NCBI RefSeq assembly: GCF_001949145.1
Contig: NW_019091360.1
Location: 211,396 to 270,940 of the forward strand
Direction of reading: 5' to 3'
DNA length: 59,545 nt
Origin: Acanthaster planci
Lineage: Eukaryota
Part shown: positions 24,587 through 36,700 of the stretch, in pieces
How positions within the stretch are numbered: position 1 is the stretch's first letter
Layout of the letters: each line of letters opens with the position of its first letter
Program-made: the position numbers and the translations under genes
The notes under the pieces: generated by a model
What the model was told of the DNA's origin: nothing
The model's database searches: none
Seen by the model: only the letters and a program-made list of their open reading frames with translations

Positions 24587-24732
24587 CGGTGAGAGATTGT
24601 ACAGTAGCAGTGATTTCTCTGATACTGTTCCAATGGGAACATCTCCAAATGATATAACATTCTCCATGCTGAGGTTGTCCATGGCCTTCGGGTTCTTACC
24701 AGGAGCACTTGCCAACAAATGGGGATATTTAC
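24587..24732 (-). CDS. CFAP65: Internal coding exon of cilia- and flagella-associated protein 65
   Basis: tttgcag|GT AAA TAT...TCA CCG|gtaagt, 146 nt. (G)KYPHLLASAPGKNPKAMDNLSMENVISFGDVPIGTVSEKSLLLYNLSP resembles recalled vertebrate CFAP65 (KCAQLLVS...FGSVAVGCTSERQIRLHNPS). Phase matches the upstream exon. Confidence 0.85.
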
Positions 24733-27700
24733 CTGCAAACAAACAAAATCATGCAAACTTTTTTCATGAAATTAGAAAAATTATCAAGGACATTATTTGG
24801 AAGACCTTGTTGACACTTTTGGCATCTGCAGAAAGCTTCCATCCTCCAAGAGGGCTTTTCTTTGTTCGTTGATGATTTGCATGAGCAGACACTTAACAGT
24901 ATACATTTTTAATATAGCCAAGCCAGTGAAATGCTTTGAGGGCTGGAAACATCAATATCCAATGGCCCTGTCATGCAACCAACCTCTAGGTAATAATATG
25001 ATAATGCAAATTCTTTACTTAGGTGACCCCTTTCAAGAAGCTATTCAGTTTTGGGCTTCATTTGCCTAAAACTTACCGAACACAAATCTATCACATTTTC
25101 AAGAAAACAAGCTTTTTCATAACTAAAATGTTCTAAAATTAAGTCACAATTTTTTCAAACCATCTAAATAAATAAATCAATGATTTCCCCTGCTATCCAA
25201 TCACAATGAGTTTCTCATACAAACTGAATGAAGATGCAACTTGTTTCAGCTGAGTCGGGATGATTGCATCGTGCAAGATGGCATCTTCAATGGATGTGTC
25301 ACACAGGGATTTTTGTTTGAGCTGAAAATGACAGTCCACTGTGTTGCTTAATGCACACAACTGATGCAAAATCCGAAGTAATAAAATTCAGTGAAGTTGG
25401 CTAAATATAGACAGTGGTGTATGTGATGGTAAGCTGTAAAATGCTGCAAAGCTGCAATCGCATTGTCGTTCATCAGCATGGAGCTGCATTTGGCACTGGA
25501 AAGCTGAGAAAGAATGGTTGAAAACTAAGGCCGCAGACATGCACGTTGGCAAAATAAAAAAGGTTTTTTATCTGGTATAAAATGATGTCTTAGGTAAGTT
25601 TGAGTTCCTATTTATATCATTTGAAACTATCGTGTATCTTTTCTGGGATTCAGTCATTGCATTTTTTCACAGTGACTCTTGTAAATTGTAAAAAGAAGTG
25701 TTACACCCAGATGATGAACGCCAAGGTGAGCATTCATTGTAGTTTATTTAATACTGGTAACAATACACTATCGCTGTTAAAAATGAATGAAGAACGTAGG
25801 GCCTACAAATAGGGCCACGCTCTTCAGATTAAGGCCCGAGTGTTATCAATTCCCAATTCAAGTATGGGCATAATTACTTTCACCCTATGAAAATAAGACT
25901 AATGAATATTATTACACCCCGGACGAACGCTAAGGTGAGCATTCCGTTTAAATTAAATAATACAGGTAAAAATACATGATCACTTATCAATGATTGATAA
26001 TGAAAGCTCGCAGTCGCAAACTGTGTCTAAAGTTTGTTGTCGACCTCTGTTAAAATTCTCATGTTATGCTTTGATACAGTTTTAAACGGGCAATTTTTTT
26101 AGTATTTAATTAATACATTCTCAAGTAAGGTATACCTAATTTGATTAATGTATTCAGCCCCATATCTGCTATTAGCAGATATGATGAGATTGTAAAGCAA
26201 TAAGAATGTTATTCCCTGGAAGCAATGAACAGAATTAAAAAAGAAACACCTTTATAACACATTCTTGGATAGCAGACACATATGCACTCTACACCAAGAC
26301 ATTCAGGGGGCCAGGAGAGTGGCTCACCCTTGAATTTCAGTGAGGTACTTCTTTTGGTGTTGGCCATGGCTAACAGTTTCTGATCGGTTAAACATCTCTC
26401 TATAGGCCTTTTCAATATGCCTGTCTTTATAAACTCACAAATCTTCAAGACAAAACATCATCACTTGATTTGTTGTCCCAGATTTCTATGGCAATCTGTT
26501 TTCAAGTGCATGGCTCCATTGAGTTTAAAATTCATGTGACATCTCTGCCAAGTATTCAGACACGGTTGTTCCATGTGACGGTTTCACTACCAAAATACCA
26601 TAGATAAACCCTCCATTATTGATTTGCTAAACAAAGCCACAATACTCTCATCAGTATGTGTAAAGATCTCCATAACAAGATATTTCATACTAAAAGTACC
26701 TAAAAAAATCAATAACAATTGAAAAAATCAAATGTCTACAGCAGTGACAAGGTAACTTTAAAAATGTCAACGGCTGCTTCTGACAAAATAAGGTTGAGAT
26801 CTGTAGACATCATTACCAGGCTGTCATCTAGAAAGTGTGTTCCCCCGCATTCTATTCCACAAACCACGGGCCGGGCTTATTAGACGTCCTTCGAAACACC
26901 GTCAACTTTTACACAATATTTTTAATACCACAAAATGCTAATGTTGGTAAATGTTAGAAATATTCAGACATATGCCAGCTGCAGCTTAAATAGATTGTTA
27001 TACACTCAAGACCTTCGTAAGATCAGCTTTTATATGTCTTGGAAATCCAGCATATTTTCGTCTTTTACTTAAATGTCTTTTAAATGTCTTTTACTTTTAG
27101 ACATTTTATCGACCTTAGCGATAAAATTCATTATACTCTAGGAAAAAAGAAAACATGTTTGTGCTGAGTGTAGATTGTGTGTTGAAATTCGAAGGGCGCC
27201 TGTCGTGTAATAGTAGCGTCTAGGTAAAATGGGGTGGAGCAATAGCCAGAACAAAGATCGAGAGATTTCCAATCATTGCGGGGGGCAGCCCGCCAAATTC
27301 ATTGGCAATTCAACTCCACAGGTTTATTAGGTCAATGCGAATGAGCTGATCAGCAGCATACGTCGCTCATGCTTCGCCAGCCACTTTCGTCGCAGCTTCG
27401 AACGATCAAACCAAGGGGATTTTACCTTACCTCGGTCGTAGTGAAGTTTCTACGAGCGAGGACCTGTATTGTCTGTCAATTGCGGACGACTTAAACTCAT
27501 CGCAGAATTTTGCAACCTCGAACGGTTCTGTCAGGCCTACGTGGACGACAGTGTTGGGATTCCACACGACAGGTGATCGCTACCAGGGGGCAGCCTGCAG
27601 AATGCCACGACCACGGCAACGGACATCCGCCCCTGCTTGTCTACAGGACGGCGCTGGGCCTAGTAAGAAAGCTCGGCGGGGATCCTGGGCTCCCGCAGTT

Positions 27701-28155
27701 GTATGGAGAGCCCGTTCGTCCGATGCCGCCAGAACCGGAACTGCAGGAGGACGGCCTACCTCGGACGTCTAGCCAGGCCTCACAAGGGTTGAGTGAGTTT
27801 TCCGACGCAAGTTTCATGCATGCCGTAGCTAAGGGATATACGCCTAATTTGACCAGGGCCCCGGGATTGAATCTGGCCGGTGCCATTGGTGGGTTCAGTG
27901 ACAGTATGGGATTTACAAATGTTGCAATGGGGTGTCTCCAAGGCGTTTTGGCTGCCCCTACTCCTATTCCCCGCTTGGGATCTGCATCCTTGTTGGGGGG
28001 ACTAATCATGCAATCAGTGAAAAAGAAGATATCGAAGAGAATCTTTGAAAGAAGATCCGGAAGATCCTCGTTCCACCTGACTACACAGTAGGATCCGTCA
28101 CACTCAAGTACTCCCAGTCAGCTTATAAGCCCCACTCCATGTCAGCATCTCTCCA

Positions 28156-28199
28156 GTCTCCTGACGACGGACAGAGCATACTGTCCGAAACGTTGAGTT
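28156..28199 (+). ncRNA. Minimal type I hammerhead ribozyme, Penelope-like element type
   Basis: CTC-CTGACGA-C-GGACAG-agcata-CTGTCC-GAAA-CGTT-GAG: conserved core, 6-bp stem II, palindromic AACGTT in place of stem III, and a short stem I. Confidence 0.7.
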
Positions 28200-30201
28200 C
28201 CTCACGGTTCTTTTCAGGACCGTACAGACTCAGCAAGAAATCGTATCCTTGCATGGTGCTACCGCAAGCTTTCCACCTTAATTGAACTGGTTAGAGTCGT
28301 ATGATAACACTGCAGATCGACAGATACTGAGTGAGGGTTTTTCAGTGGGATTTTCCTTGGGTTTTAGTAGGCCTCCGTTGAGCAGGGATTCCGAGCCCCT
28401 TCGCTCTGCAACATCAGAATCCCTGATTGTTAGAGAAAAACTTGCTAAAGAAATTCAAGCCGACCGCATTGCTGGCCCCTTCACAATGCGCCCACTAAAG
28501 AATCTACAATGCTCGCCGATCGGCCTCGTACCTTAGAAAGAGCCAGGCTCTTTCACGTGAGAAAGTGATAGCAATCAGTGGTCAGATTTGCACTATGCTT
28601 AACAGGTCAAAGTGCACCCTCATAAAACTACAGTCCCTCATCGGTTCCCCAAACTTTGTATGTAAGGCTGTTGTTCCGGGGCATGCCTTTATCTGGCGTC
28701 TTATTGCATTAACACGGAGTGTCAGGCTCCCGCACCATAGAATCCGCTTGACACTGGGAGCGAAACTTGACCTCCTCATGTAGCTGACATTCTTACGAGA
28801 GTTTAATGGGGTTACTCCTATTTTGGATCAGGAATGGGAATCCTCTGATGCTCTTGAATTTTTTACGGACGCTGCGGCTTTGTTGGGTTATGGGGCATAT
28901 TTTCGAGGGAAGTGGTTTCAAGGGCGGTGGCCACAGGAGTTATCGCCACCCTCAATTGCATTTCTAGAGCTGTATCCTATTGTCGTTGCCATTATGTGTT
29001 GGGGCCCCCTTTTGGCCAATCATAAGGTAAAGTTTCGGTCGGACAATTTGATCGTGGTTCACATGATTAATAATCAGTTGGCCAAGTGTTCCATGTCAAT
29101 GCATCTTATCCGTTTATTGGTGTTGGAATGTTTGAAGTACAATCTTACTTTCAAAGCAGTACACATTCCTGGGGTAAGCAGATGCGACTCTTCCAAGCAT
29201 TAGCCCCCCGACATGACTCCGTTGCCCGCACTTCCACAGGTATGGTAGACCATGAAATAAGTTGGCTGTTACACTTGGCCTTCATGCCCAGCACCAACAA
29301 AGTGTACAGTTTGGGATGGAATGCATTTTGTCGTTTCTTGCAGTCAGGGGTTCACCGCCACAACATAGACATTGTAACCCCCAGATGTATTTGAGAATTC
29401 ATGGCATGGCTTTCGCTGCAGCATTATTCCCCAGCAACGATATCGACCTATGTGTCGGGAGTAGGTTGCCAATTAAAATTAAAAGGCGCACCTGACCCCA
29501 AGGACTCCTTTGCAGTTGCTAAAATATTCAAGGGCTCTAGGCGTAGTGGTAATAGCAAAGACAATTAAGAGGGTTCCTATTTCACCCGCAATATTATCAC
29601 ATATCCTCATTATCATTTGAAACGAAACTATTTCGGGCGGCCATGTTGTCAGCATTTTTTTGTTTCCTGAGAGTGGGGGAGTTCGCGGCCAATTCGTGGA
29701 ATAAGGTGCAGCAGTCCATTTTGCTGGTATCGGATGTTACATTGAGGGGTGGCAATTCAACTTCCGGTCAGTCAGTACTCCTCAATATGCGCCATACCAA
29801 AACGAATCAGCATGGACCCCCACAGTAGGTCCATATTTCTCAATCAGTGATGCCTGCACTTTGTTGGGTCACAGCACTCACTACATTTCTCCAAGTTCGC
29901 CCCCAAATACAGGGCCCTTTGTTCTGCCACATTGATGGCCAACCCCTTACTCGGTTTCAGTTTCACAAGGTGTTGCAATTAGCCTTATCAGTTTACGGTC
30001 TAGGGGATGGTCATTATCGATCCCACTCCTTCCGGATGGGCGCCGCTTCGACGGCCTTTACCATGGGGGTCCCCTTTGAGGACATTCAGTGAATGGGCCG
30101 ATGGCGTTCAGACGCCCTTAAATGTTACCTGCGTCCCTTGCCACTATCCACTTTGCCCGGGGTTTAGCTTTAGCTTTCATTTACTCATATACATGTACCA
30201 G

Positions 30202-30685
30202 CATCGAGATCTCTATGTGCGTGGATTGTTGGCGATTCCCTGATCCGATGGGCTGCTTTTGACATGGGCATTCATATTCAAGTAATATGGAAAGGGAAGA
30301 GTGGAGAGCGAATCCTACAGTAATTATTTTTCATCTAGGTACGAATGACTTGGTGCAGCTTAATTTTTTCGCTCTCCAACAGGTGATAGTGATTGCAATC
30401 GCCCACTTATGCGAACAATTTCCAGACGCCAGGGTCTGGTCCAGGATACTGCCGCACCTTTTTTATTATGCTGCACAGTGACACGAGTCCCTGGAGCAGT
30501 TTCGTCGCGCAGCTAACAGATGGGCTAAATCACAATGCCGACAATGTGGGGTAAGAGTGCTTGACCATCCACAGTTTACTTAGTTGGCGGCAATTCTCTT
30601 CAGGAAGGACGGGGTCCATCTGTCATCAGTGGGTTGTGGTATCTTTTGGGAAAACCTGCTCAGCTGCATTTTGTCCATGTTGTAA
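30202..30685 (+). pseudogene. SGNH hydrolase domain of Ngaro copy 2 (deleted and frameshifted), preceded by a 3' splice site
   Basis: cag|CA TCG AGA TCT CTA TGT GCG TGG ATT GTT GGC GAT TCC; IFHLGTNDL; WSRILP; DGVHLS. Confidence 0.75.
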
Positions 30686-32333
30686 ACTTCCCTGTCGGAG
30701 AGTCGTCATCGGTGTTCTGTTCTTTTTCCATGGGTCGCGGTTCCCACGAGTGGCAGTTTTTTGATATGGAATAAGAATGGAACACCAGTTGTTTGTTAAA
30801 AAATGATAAGCTACAATGTACCTGGTCTATACATCAATTAAATCTTGAGCTTTGTAAGTTAAATTGTCTAAAGTGCCGTGATGTGCCACACGGCATGACA
30901 ACGGGGAGTTGAACATCATAGTTCAATTTATTAATACCAGTACACGTGTGTATCTTATTAATAGCCTGTGACGTTCCACACAGGCTACACCAGGCCGCAT
31001 GTCCCAGTGGTGGGAAATTTAGATTGCATGATACTGTAAGTTACTGACTTATTACAGTTCTTAAAACAAGTACTGGGTTACGTAAAAGTTTCTTCCTTTA
31101 TGTTGTGCATGAAAAACTAGCATTAGTAAATACTATACTCTTGCGTTCTTTAGGTTGATAGTAACTAATTATCATATTGTGCCTGGTATTAAATAAATCG
31201 AGAGCCGTTTTGGACGTTCTCGACTCAGTGATCGTGGGTATCATTGACATTCTTGACTAATGCCCTTAAGTTTTGGCGTTTACTTGGAACTTATGCCTTG
31301 GGGAGTTCTCCTGGTCATGGGTATCACGTTTGTACAGGATTCAGCTCCATGTACATGGTTTTATGCGAGGTGGCCGCAGGTGCTGCCTCATGTACCGGTT
31401 TGCCCAATATATGTATGTTGGTATTCCGGTAGAGTTTGTGAATAAATCCATATCGAAGCTGTGGCATACACACACACACTCAAAATGGTTAGCCCGCTTT
31501 CCTTCTTTTTGAGTTTGAGTATAAATGTATGTTTTTTATTCTTAACCATACCAATAGAATAATTTCTGTATTTTTATGATGTGGACAATGTCCCGCTTTC
31601 ACTGTTGAAAAGGAAAACAAAAATGTGCTAAGTCGAAACGGCATGTTCATTTGCATTTGCCTCAATACATCGTTCTTATCCTGAGAACCCTGAGTAGAAT
31701 GGCCAACCCAGCAGACTTTACTCCCATCAAACTCGAGTAGCCTGGAGTAACTGAATTATTCCCCCAAAAAGGCATGAGTTGGTGTCATACTGCTTCCAAT
31801 TTCTTGAAAGCTCTTTTTACACTTCACTAGGCTACTCCCCTTACGAAGTTGGTCTCTTTATTTGAGCATTATCAGTCTGGAAATTGTCCAAATCCAGAGA
31901 TTGCAGTGTAACCATTTAACTTCCTGGACCATCGGGAAGTACAACCAATTGACAGCAGAATCTTGCTTATGGTGTACAGACCTTATATTCGATCTAAAAG
32001 AAACATGTTACACATGAATGATATACAAATTTATTGTTAAATATATATGTGTGAGTGAATATACCCATAACATGAAGAAATAATTACGCATGGCAGAAAC
32101 AGTCTGACTCATACTACATCTGAACTTTGAACTGTCTTCGAATTCTCTGGTGTGCGGCTAACTCTGAACTCAGAAACATTTTAAGTTTTAAAAGTCTGAG
32201 CTTTCTGGGTAAAGAAATAACAAAATAAATGAGCATGGTTTCACACAGGTCAATCTCCAACTGTACGAATAAACTGAAATACCTCAAATTAGAGTAAATG
32301 AATGTAAAGTTCCGGCCATGAAATTCTCCTTAA

Positions 32334-32739
32334 CCCCTTTGCAACGGCTGACGGTAAGAGCCGCCGTAAAAATTGAGATCCTCAACCTGCTTTTCAGCTA
32401 TTATTCTCGGCCCGCGCTTAAGCGAACAAGGTGAAAGAAGGCTCTTGTATATATGGTGATTGGCCTTTGTGTGTTGCCAAGAAATGAAAAGGCTGAATTT
32501 GCATCATAATCGCCAGCTTCACAATAGTCCCCACTTTGAAAAGAGGCAACGGGAATGTGGAAGCGTGAGTAGAGCCACATGCCACCGAACAATGAGCCTT
32601 TTCACTGTGTAATTCAAAGCATGCAGAGCATGCAGGGCCACAAACCGAGAATTTGTGGTTTGGCCGGCAGCCTTCGTGGCCAAGCGATGCTGGAATTCTC
32701 GGAGTTGGCTTTCAGAAAAAAATTCCCGTCGTCAAGGGG
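32334..32739. mobile_element. piggyBac-type MITE
   Basis: TTAA|CCCCTTTGCAACGG ... CCGTCGTCAAGGGG|TTAA: TTAA on both sides and TIRs starting CCCCTT. Confidence 0.75.
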
Positions 32740-33065
32740 TTAACTTGCAGATCCCACATGGCGTTGTTTGCCGATGAATGTCAGAGTAGTTTCGAAGTGT
32801 ATATCATACAGTACAACTTCTAGTCACAGTTATCAAAAGTGAAATTCATTTTTGCACCAAAATGTTCAGGATAGTGCAACAGATGTCATCTATAGTGGTC
32901 CTGCAATCTTTTTTCTTAAATTTTGTACACAGAAAATGTGAAATGTCCAATTAATTATTGTTGTTAGATAACATCAAAGAATTTGTTTTTTTTTAGAGTG
33001 ACAATGCATATTTATTATTATGCAAATAAGGCAGGGTTTGCAGACCGATGTGAACAGAGAATACA

Positions 33066-33449
33066 CTCTTTAAGGCCCTGTATCTCCTGAAGTACATGTC
33101 CGATTGGGTTCAAATCTTGCAGATATCTTGAATAGAGAGTGCTTTAGAGGTATATTGACCTTACACATGTATGTGATCATGACGTCACGCGGAGACAAAT
33201 CATGTGACATTAAAGTTGAACTCTTGAAGGCCCTATATCTCCTAATGTACATGACCAATCGGGTTCAAATCTTGCAGATATCTTGAGCAGGGGGTGCTTT
33301 AGAGGTATATTGATCTCGTGTAATGATGATGTCATCAGGAGACAAGTCACGTGACATTAAAGGTGCACTCTTTAAGGCCCTACATCTCCTTGTTCGATTG
33401 GGTTCAAACCTTGCATTTACCTTCAAAGGGAGCTCTTTGGATGAATAAT
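33066..33449 (+). repeat. Helitron-like family ~147-bp subunits (about 2.5 copies), interrupted by the DIRS element
   Basis: TTTAAGGCCCT..ATCTCCT..GTACATGTCCGATTGGGTTCAAATCTTGCAGATATCTTG repeated. Confidence 0.75.
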
Positions 33450-33790
33450 GGAATGATTAAACAAGAACTTACCTGTTTGAAGTTTAATCTTGATTTTATG
33501 AGAAAGGGCTAGCAAGAGATTACGTGAGATTCCATGTTGCGCATGTGCGGTCATAATTCAAAGAAATATATATGGGCTGATGAATGCCAATCATGTCTTG
33601 AATAACAGAAAAGATGTTATAGAGAGCCTACCCTGCGAACTACCTGACGAGAGAAGGGTGGGAGCAGAGGGCACGTAATGTCTCCCTTGACCTTTCTCAT
33701 AAAATCAAGATTAAACTTCAAACAGGAAAGTTCTCGTTTAATCTTTCCATTTTATTTTGAAATCTTGCGAGAGAGATTCCGTGAGACTTT
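33450..33790 (-). repeat. DIRS 3' terminal repeat and internal complementary region
   Basis: 33450-33526 is the near-perfect reverse complement of 33672-33748. Confidence 0.85.
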
Positions 33791-36700
33791 AAAGCCCATA
33801 AAGCCACATGTAGGTTTTTTTAATTAAGGCACTTTATAGGAATACAACAATCCTAATGGTTTATTCGTGCAAACCAAGGTAAATACCACAAGTGTCACTT
33901 CTGTCAACATTCCACTTGAGTAGATCAAATATAAATATGAGAACTTAGTAATTTTGAACTTCACTTTAAAGGAAATTATATACAAAATGTCAATGTGACA
34001 AAAAAAAGAAAACAACCAGCCTTAATGTTTCGATGCTACATAAAGTTGGTAACTGTTCCTGTAGCCGAGTTGTAAAAGTTAAACATGAACTTGTTTTTTT
34101 TGTTTTGGTTTTTTTTAATACACATGCATGCACAAGGATAGAGTAAATATTCTGCTACACACTTCGGGTTGTAATCTAAGTAAGGCAGTTGGATACGGTG
34201 TTAAATCAATGAAGTCACTATTTCCAAGGCTTCATTAAATACAACCCCGTTTTCTGTTTTGCTGTAACCGCACTCTCAGAATGAACAGCATAGAGAATCT
34301 TCCAATAAAAGTCCCATTTAACTTTCCTGCAACAATGTGTCAGCCAAATTATTTTGCTGAATTGTGAGAGGCTTATTATATTTCTGGAAAGTAGCCTCTT
34401 TACTCCATCCTGCAGTTCTCAGAATTTCTGGGAGTGGTACTCCCAGCCTATTGGCTGCCGAGGTGGAGGCTGCCCAAGTGGAATGTGGTTTGAACAGTTC
34501 GTTGTCTACTCCAGCCTGGCTCATGACAATATGGATCCATCTAGCAATTCTATCTTTGCTCACTGGAGCATGAGGCTTCTTGAAGCTGATAAAAAGCTAG
34601 TTTGATGTCATTCTGCTTTGTCTCCGAAGCTCTTTAGTGCGGCTTAGGTAGTGTTTGAGGTAGGTAAATACACAAAGATGTCTATTGGTGGGGTATGCCT
34701 TAAGTATGACTGTGAGCCCAGTGTGTCCCGGTCTACTTTGCTTAACTAAGTCCCTGATTAGGAAGAAAAATGAGCTTCCTTTACAAGACCTGTGATCTAG
34801 GTTCAGTTTATGAATAGTCTGCCCCTGCTGGGCCGAAATGAGTGCCATCAGCATGACCAATTTTAGGGTGAGGTGTTTGAGATCAAGAGTACTTGCTGGT
34901 GCCCACTTCCTTAGCATATCAAACACAAGTTTAACGTCCCAAATGTGACTGTAACGTGGTGCTGGTGGTCTAAGTGTGTAAACAACTTTCAAACATCGGG
35001 TAATCATCGGGTGACAACCTACACTAGCACCATCTTTTAGCACAACGAATGATGCCACTGCACTCCTGGCAACATTAAGAGAACTGTAACCCAGTCCCAG
35101 TTCAAACAATGAAGTTAAGAAAGCTACAACTTTAACTGCATCTGTCTGCATCAGATTACTCTGTCGTTGACCCCAAAAGTTGATCCATCTCTCAATGTAT
35201 CCATAATATTGTCATTTAGCTGACTGCTGCCATGAAGACAGGATAATTTCCGTAGCCTTTGCTGGTACTCCTGTGCTCTCAATGGCTTTCCGGACAGCCT
35301 GCAACAAACCAAATCTAGTTTATCATGTAAGGGATGTACTCATACACTGCCTGGCTGTGTCAGTAGTGCCTGTGATTTTGGCAAAATAACTGGGTCATGG
35401 GTTGACATATGTAGCAGGCGTGGAAACCAAGGTTGTGTTGGCCATTTTGGAATGACCATCATGCCCTCAGCTTTGTCTTCCCATACGTTTTGGCGACGTT
35501 TGCCAATCAAACAGAAAGGGAGGAAAGCATAAGACCTGATTTGTCCCAAATGAGGGATAAGGTATCAATTGCCTCTGCCCCTGGATCAGGCTTCCAAGAG
35601 ACATATCTGCGAAGTTGAGCATTAAGCCTTGAGGCAATGAGATCCACCTTGGGTGTGTATTCTTCATAAAGTATTTGGAAAACTTCTCGGTTTAGCATCC
35701 ACTCTGTCTCATCCTGAAATTGCCTGGATTTCCTGTCCGCTGTAACATTTTGAACTCCAGGTAGATGAGAAACTGACACCCATATCGATCTAGAAATACA
35801 CCAAAGCCATAGCTCCTTTGCTAGCTCATTGCAGTCTGGAGACTTAGAGCCTCCCATGTGATTTATATAGGCCACAGCAGTAGTGTTGTCAAGATTGAGT
35901 TTGACATGTACAGAGTGAAGTTTGCTACAAAAGGATTTTATGGCGAGGAATGCAGCCAAAAGCTCAAGGTAGTTGCTATTATTGGCAGCTTTCAACTTTT
36001 TGGTGTCCTTCCAGCGGCCTCCAATAGCAGTGGTGCCATCTGTAGCACCCCATCCTTGTTTTGACGCATCCGAGGCAATTCTAAGTCAGGTGCCCTCAAA
36101 GTGATTTTGGAAAAGGCGGTGTCAATAGTATCTATTCACCAACTAATCTCATTCCGAGCAGCCCTGGAGAGTTTCATCTGCCGGTCAAAGTGACCAAATT
36201 GTTTCTGAGGGCAATGGTCTTTTTCCCCTTTCCAAAGTTCGGTAATAAAGGGGGCCATATTGCACTGCAAGAAAAGTCGCTACGAGTCTGCCAAGAACGG
36301 ATGCGACTGTTTTGATACTGCATGTTTCTTGGGCAAGCAAATTGATGCAAGCGGCTTTCACTTCTTCTTTGTTACTTCCTGGCAATCAAACTTCCATATT
36401 CATAAAGCTTATCATAAACCCTAGGTATTCAAATTCAGGATGAAGAATAATAAAACCTAGGTTTTCCAGGAGCTTTGTTGTGTCTTGAGCAGCCTGCGGA
36501 GCTCTTTTTTGATTGTGACACCAGAAAAGTGTCATCAATGTAACCAGTTTTGATGTGCCCAATACTTCGCAGCTTAGTAAAAGGGGGATTTCAAGATCTT
36601 TGTGAACAAGCGTCGCCCAGATCTTAGGCCTTTAGGCAAGGCCTTGTACTGAGGGAGTTGGTTTATCCAACGAAATTTCAGAAATTTTTGAAATTCCTCT

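Larger units (their letters stand above)
27190..31500 (+). mobile_element. Ngaro-type YR retrotransposon copy 2 (divergent family, internally deleted; ends approximate)
   Basis: gag remnant 27602-28050; RT N-terminus (RIAGPF, CSPIGLVP) joined directly to LQSLIGS; RNase H FFTDAA, LELYPI, RSDN; YR FLRVGEF, KTNQ, SHSFRMGAA; SGNH WIVGDS, HLGTNDL, DGVHLS; AATAAA at 31441. Confidence 0.85.

Noticed and set aside
25700..26005. ~210-bp-period diverged direct duplication
   Set aside because: Real but only two degraded copies with no further structure.
30926..31199. Imperfect ~20-bp inverted repeats and small hairpins in the Ngaro-2 3' region
   Set aside because: AT-rich with no TSD; cannot tell a MITE from the element's own UTR.
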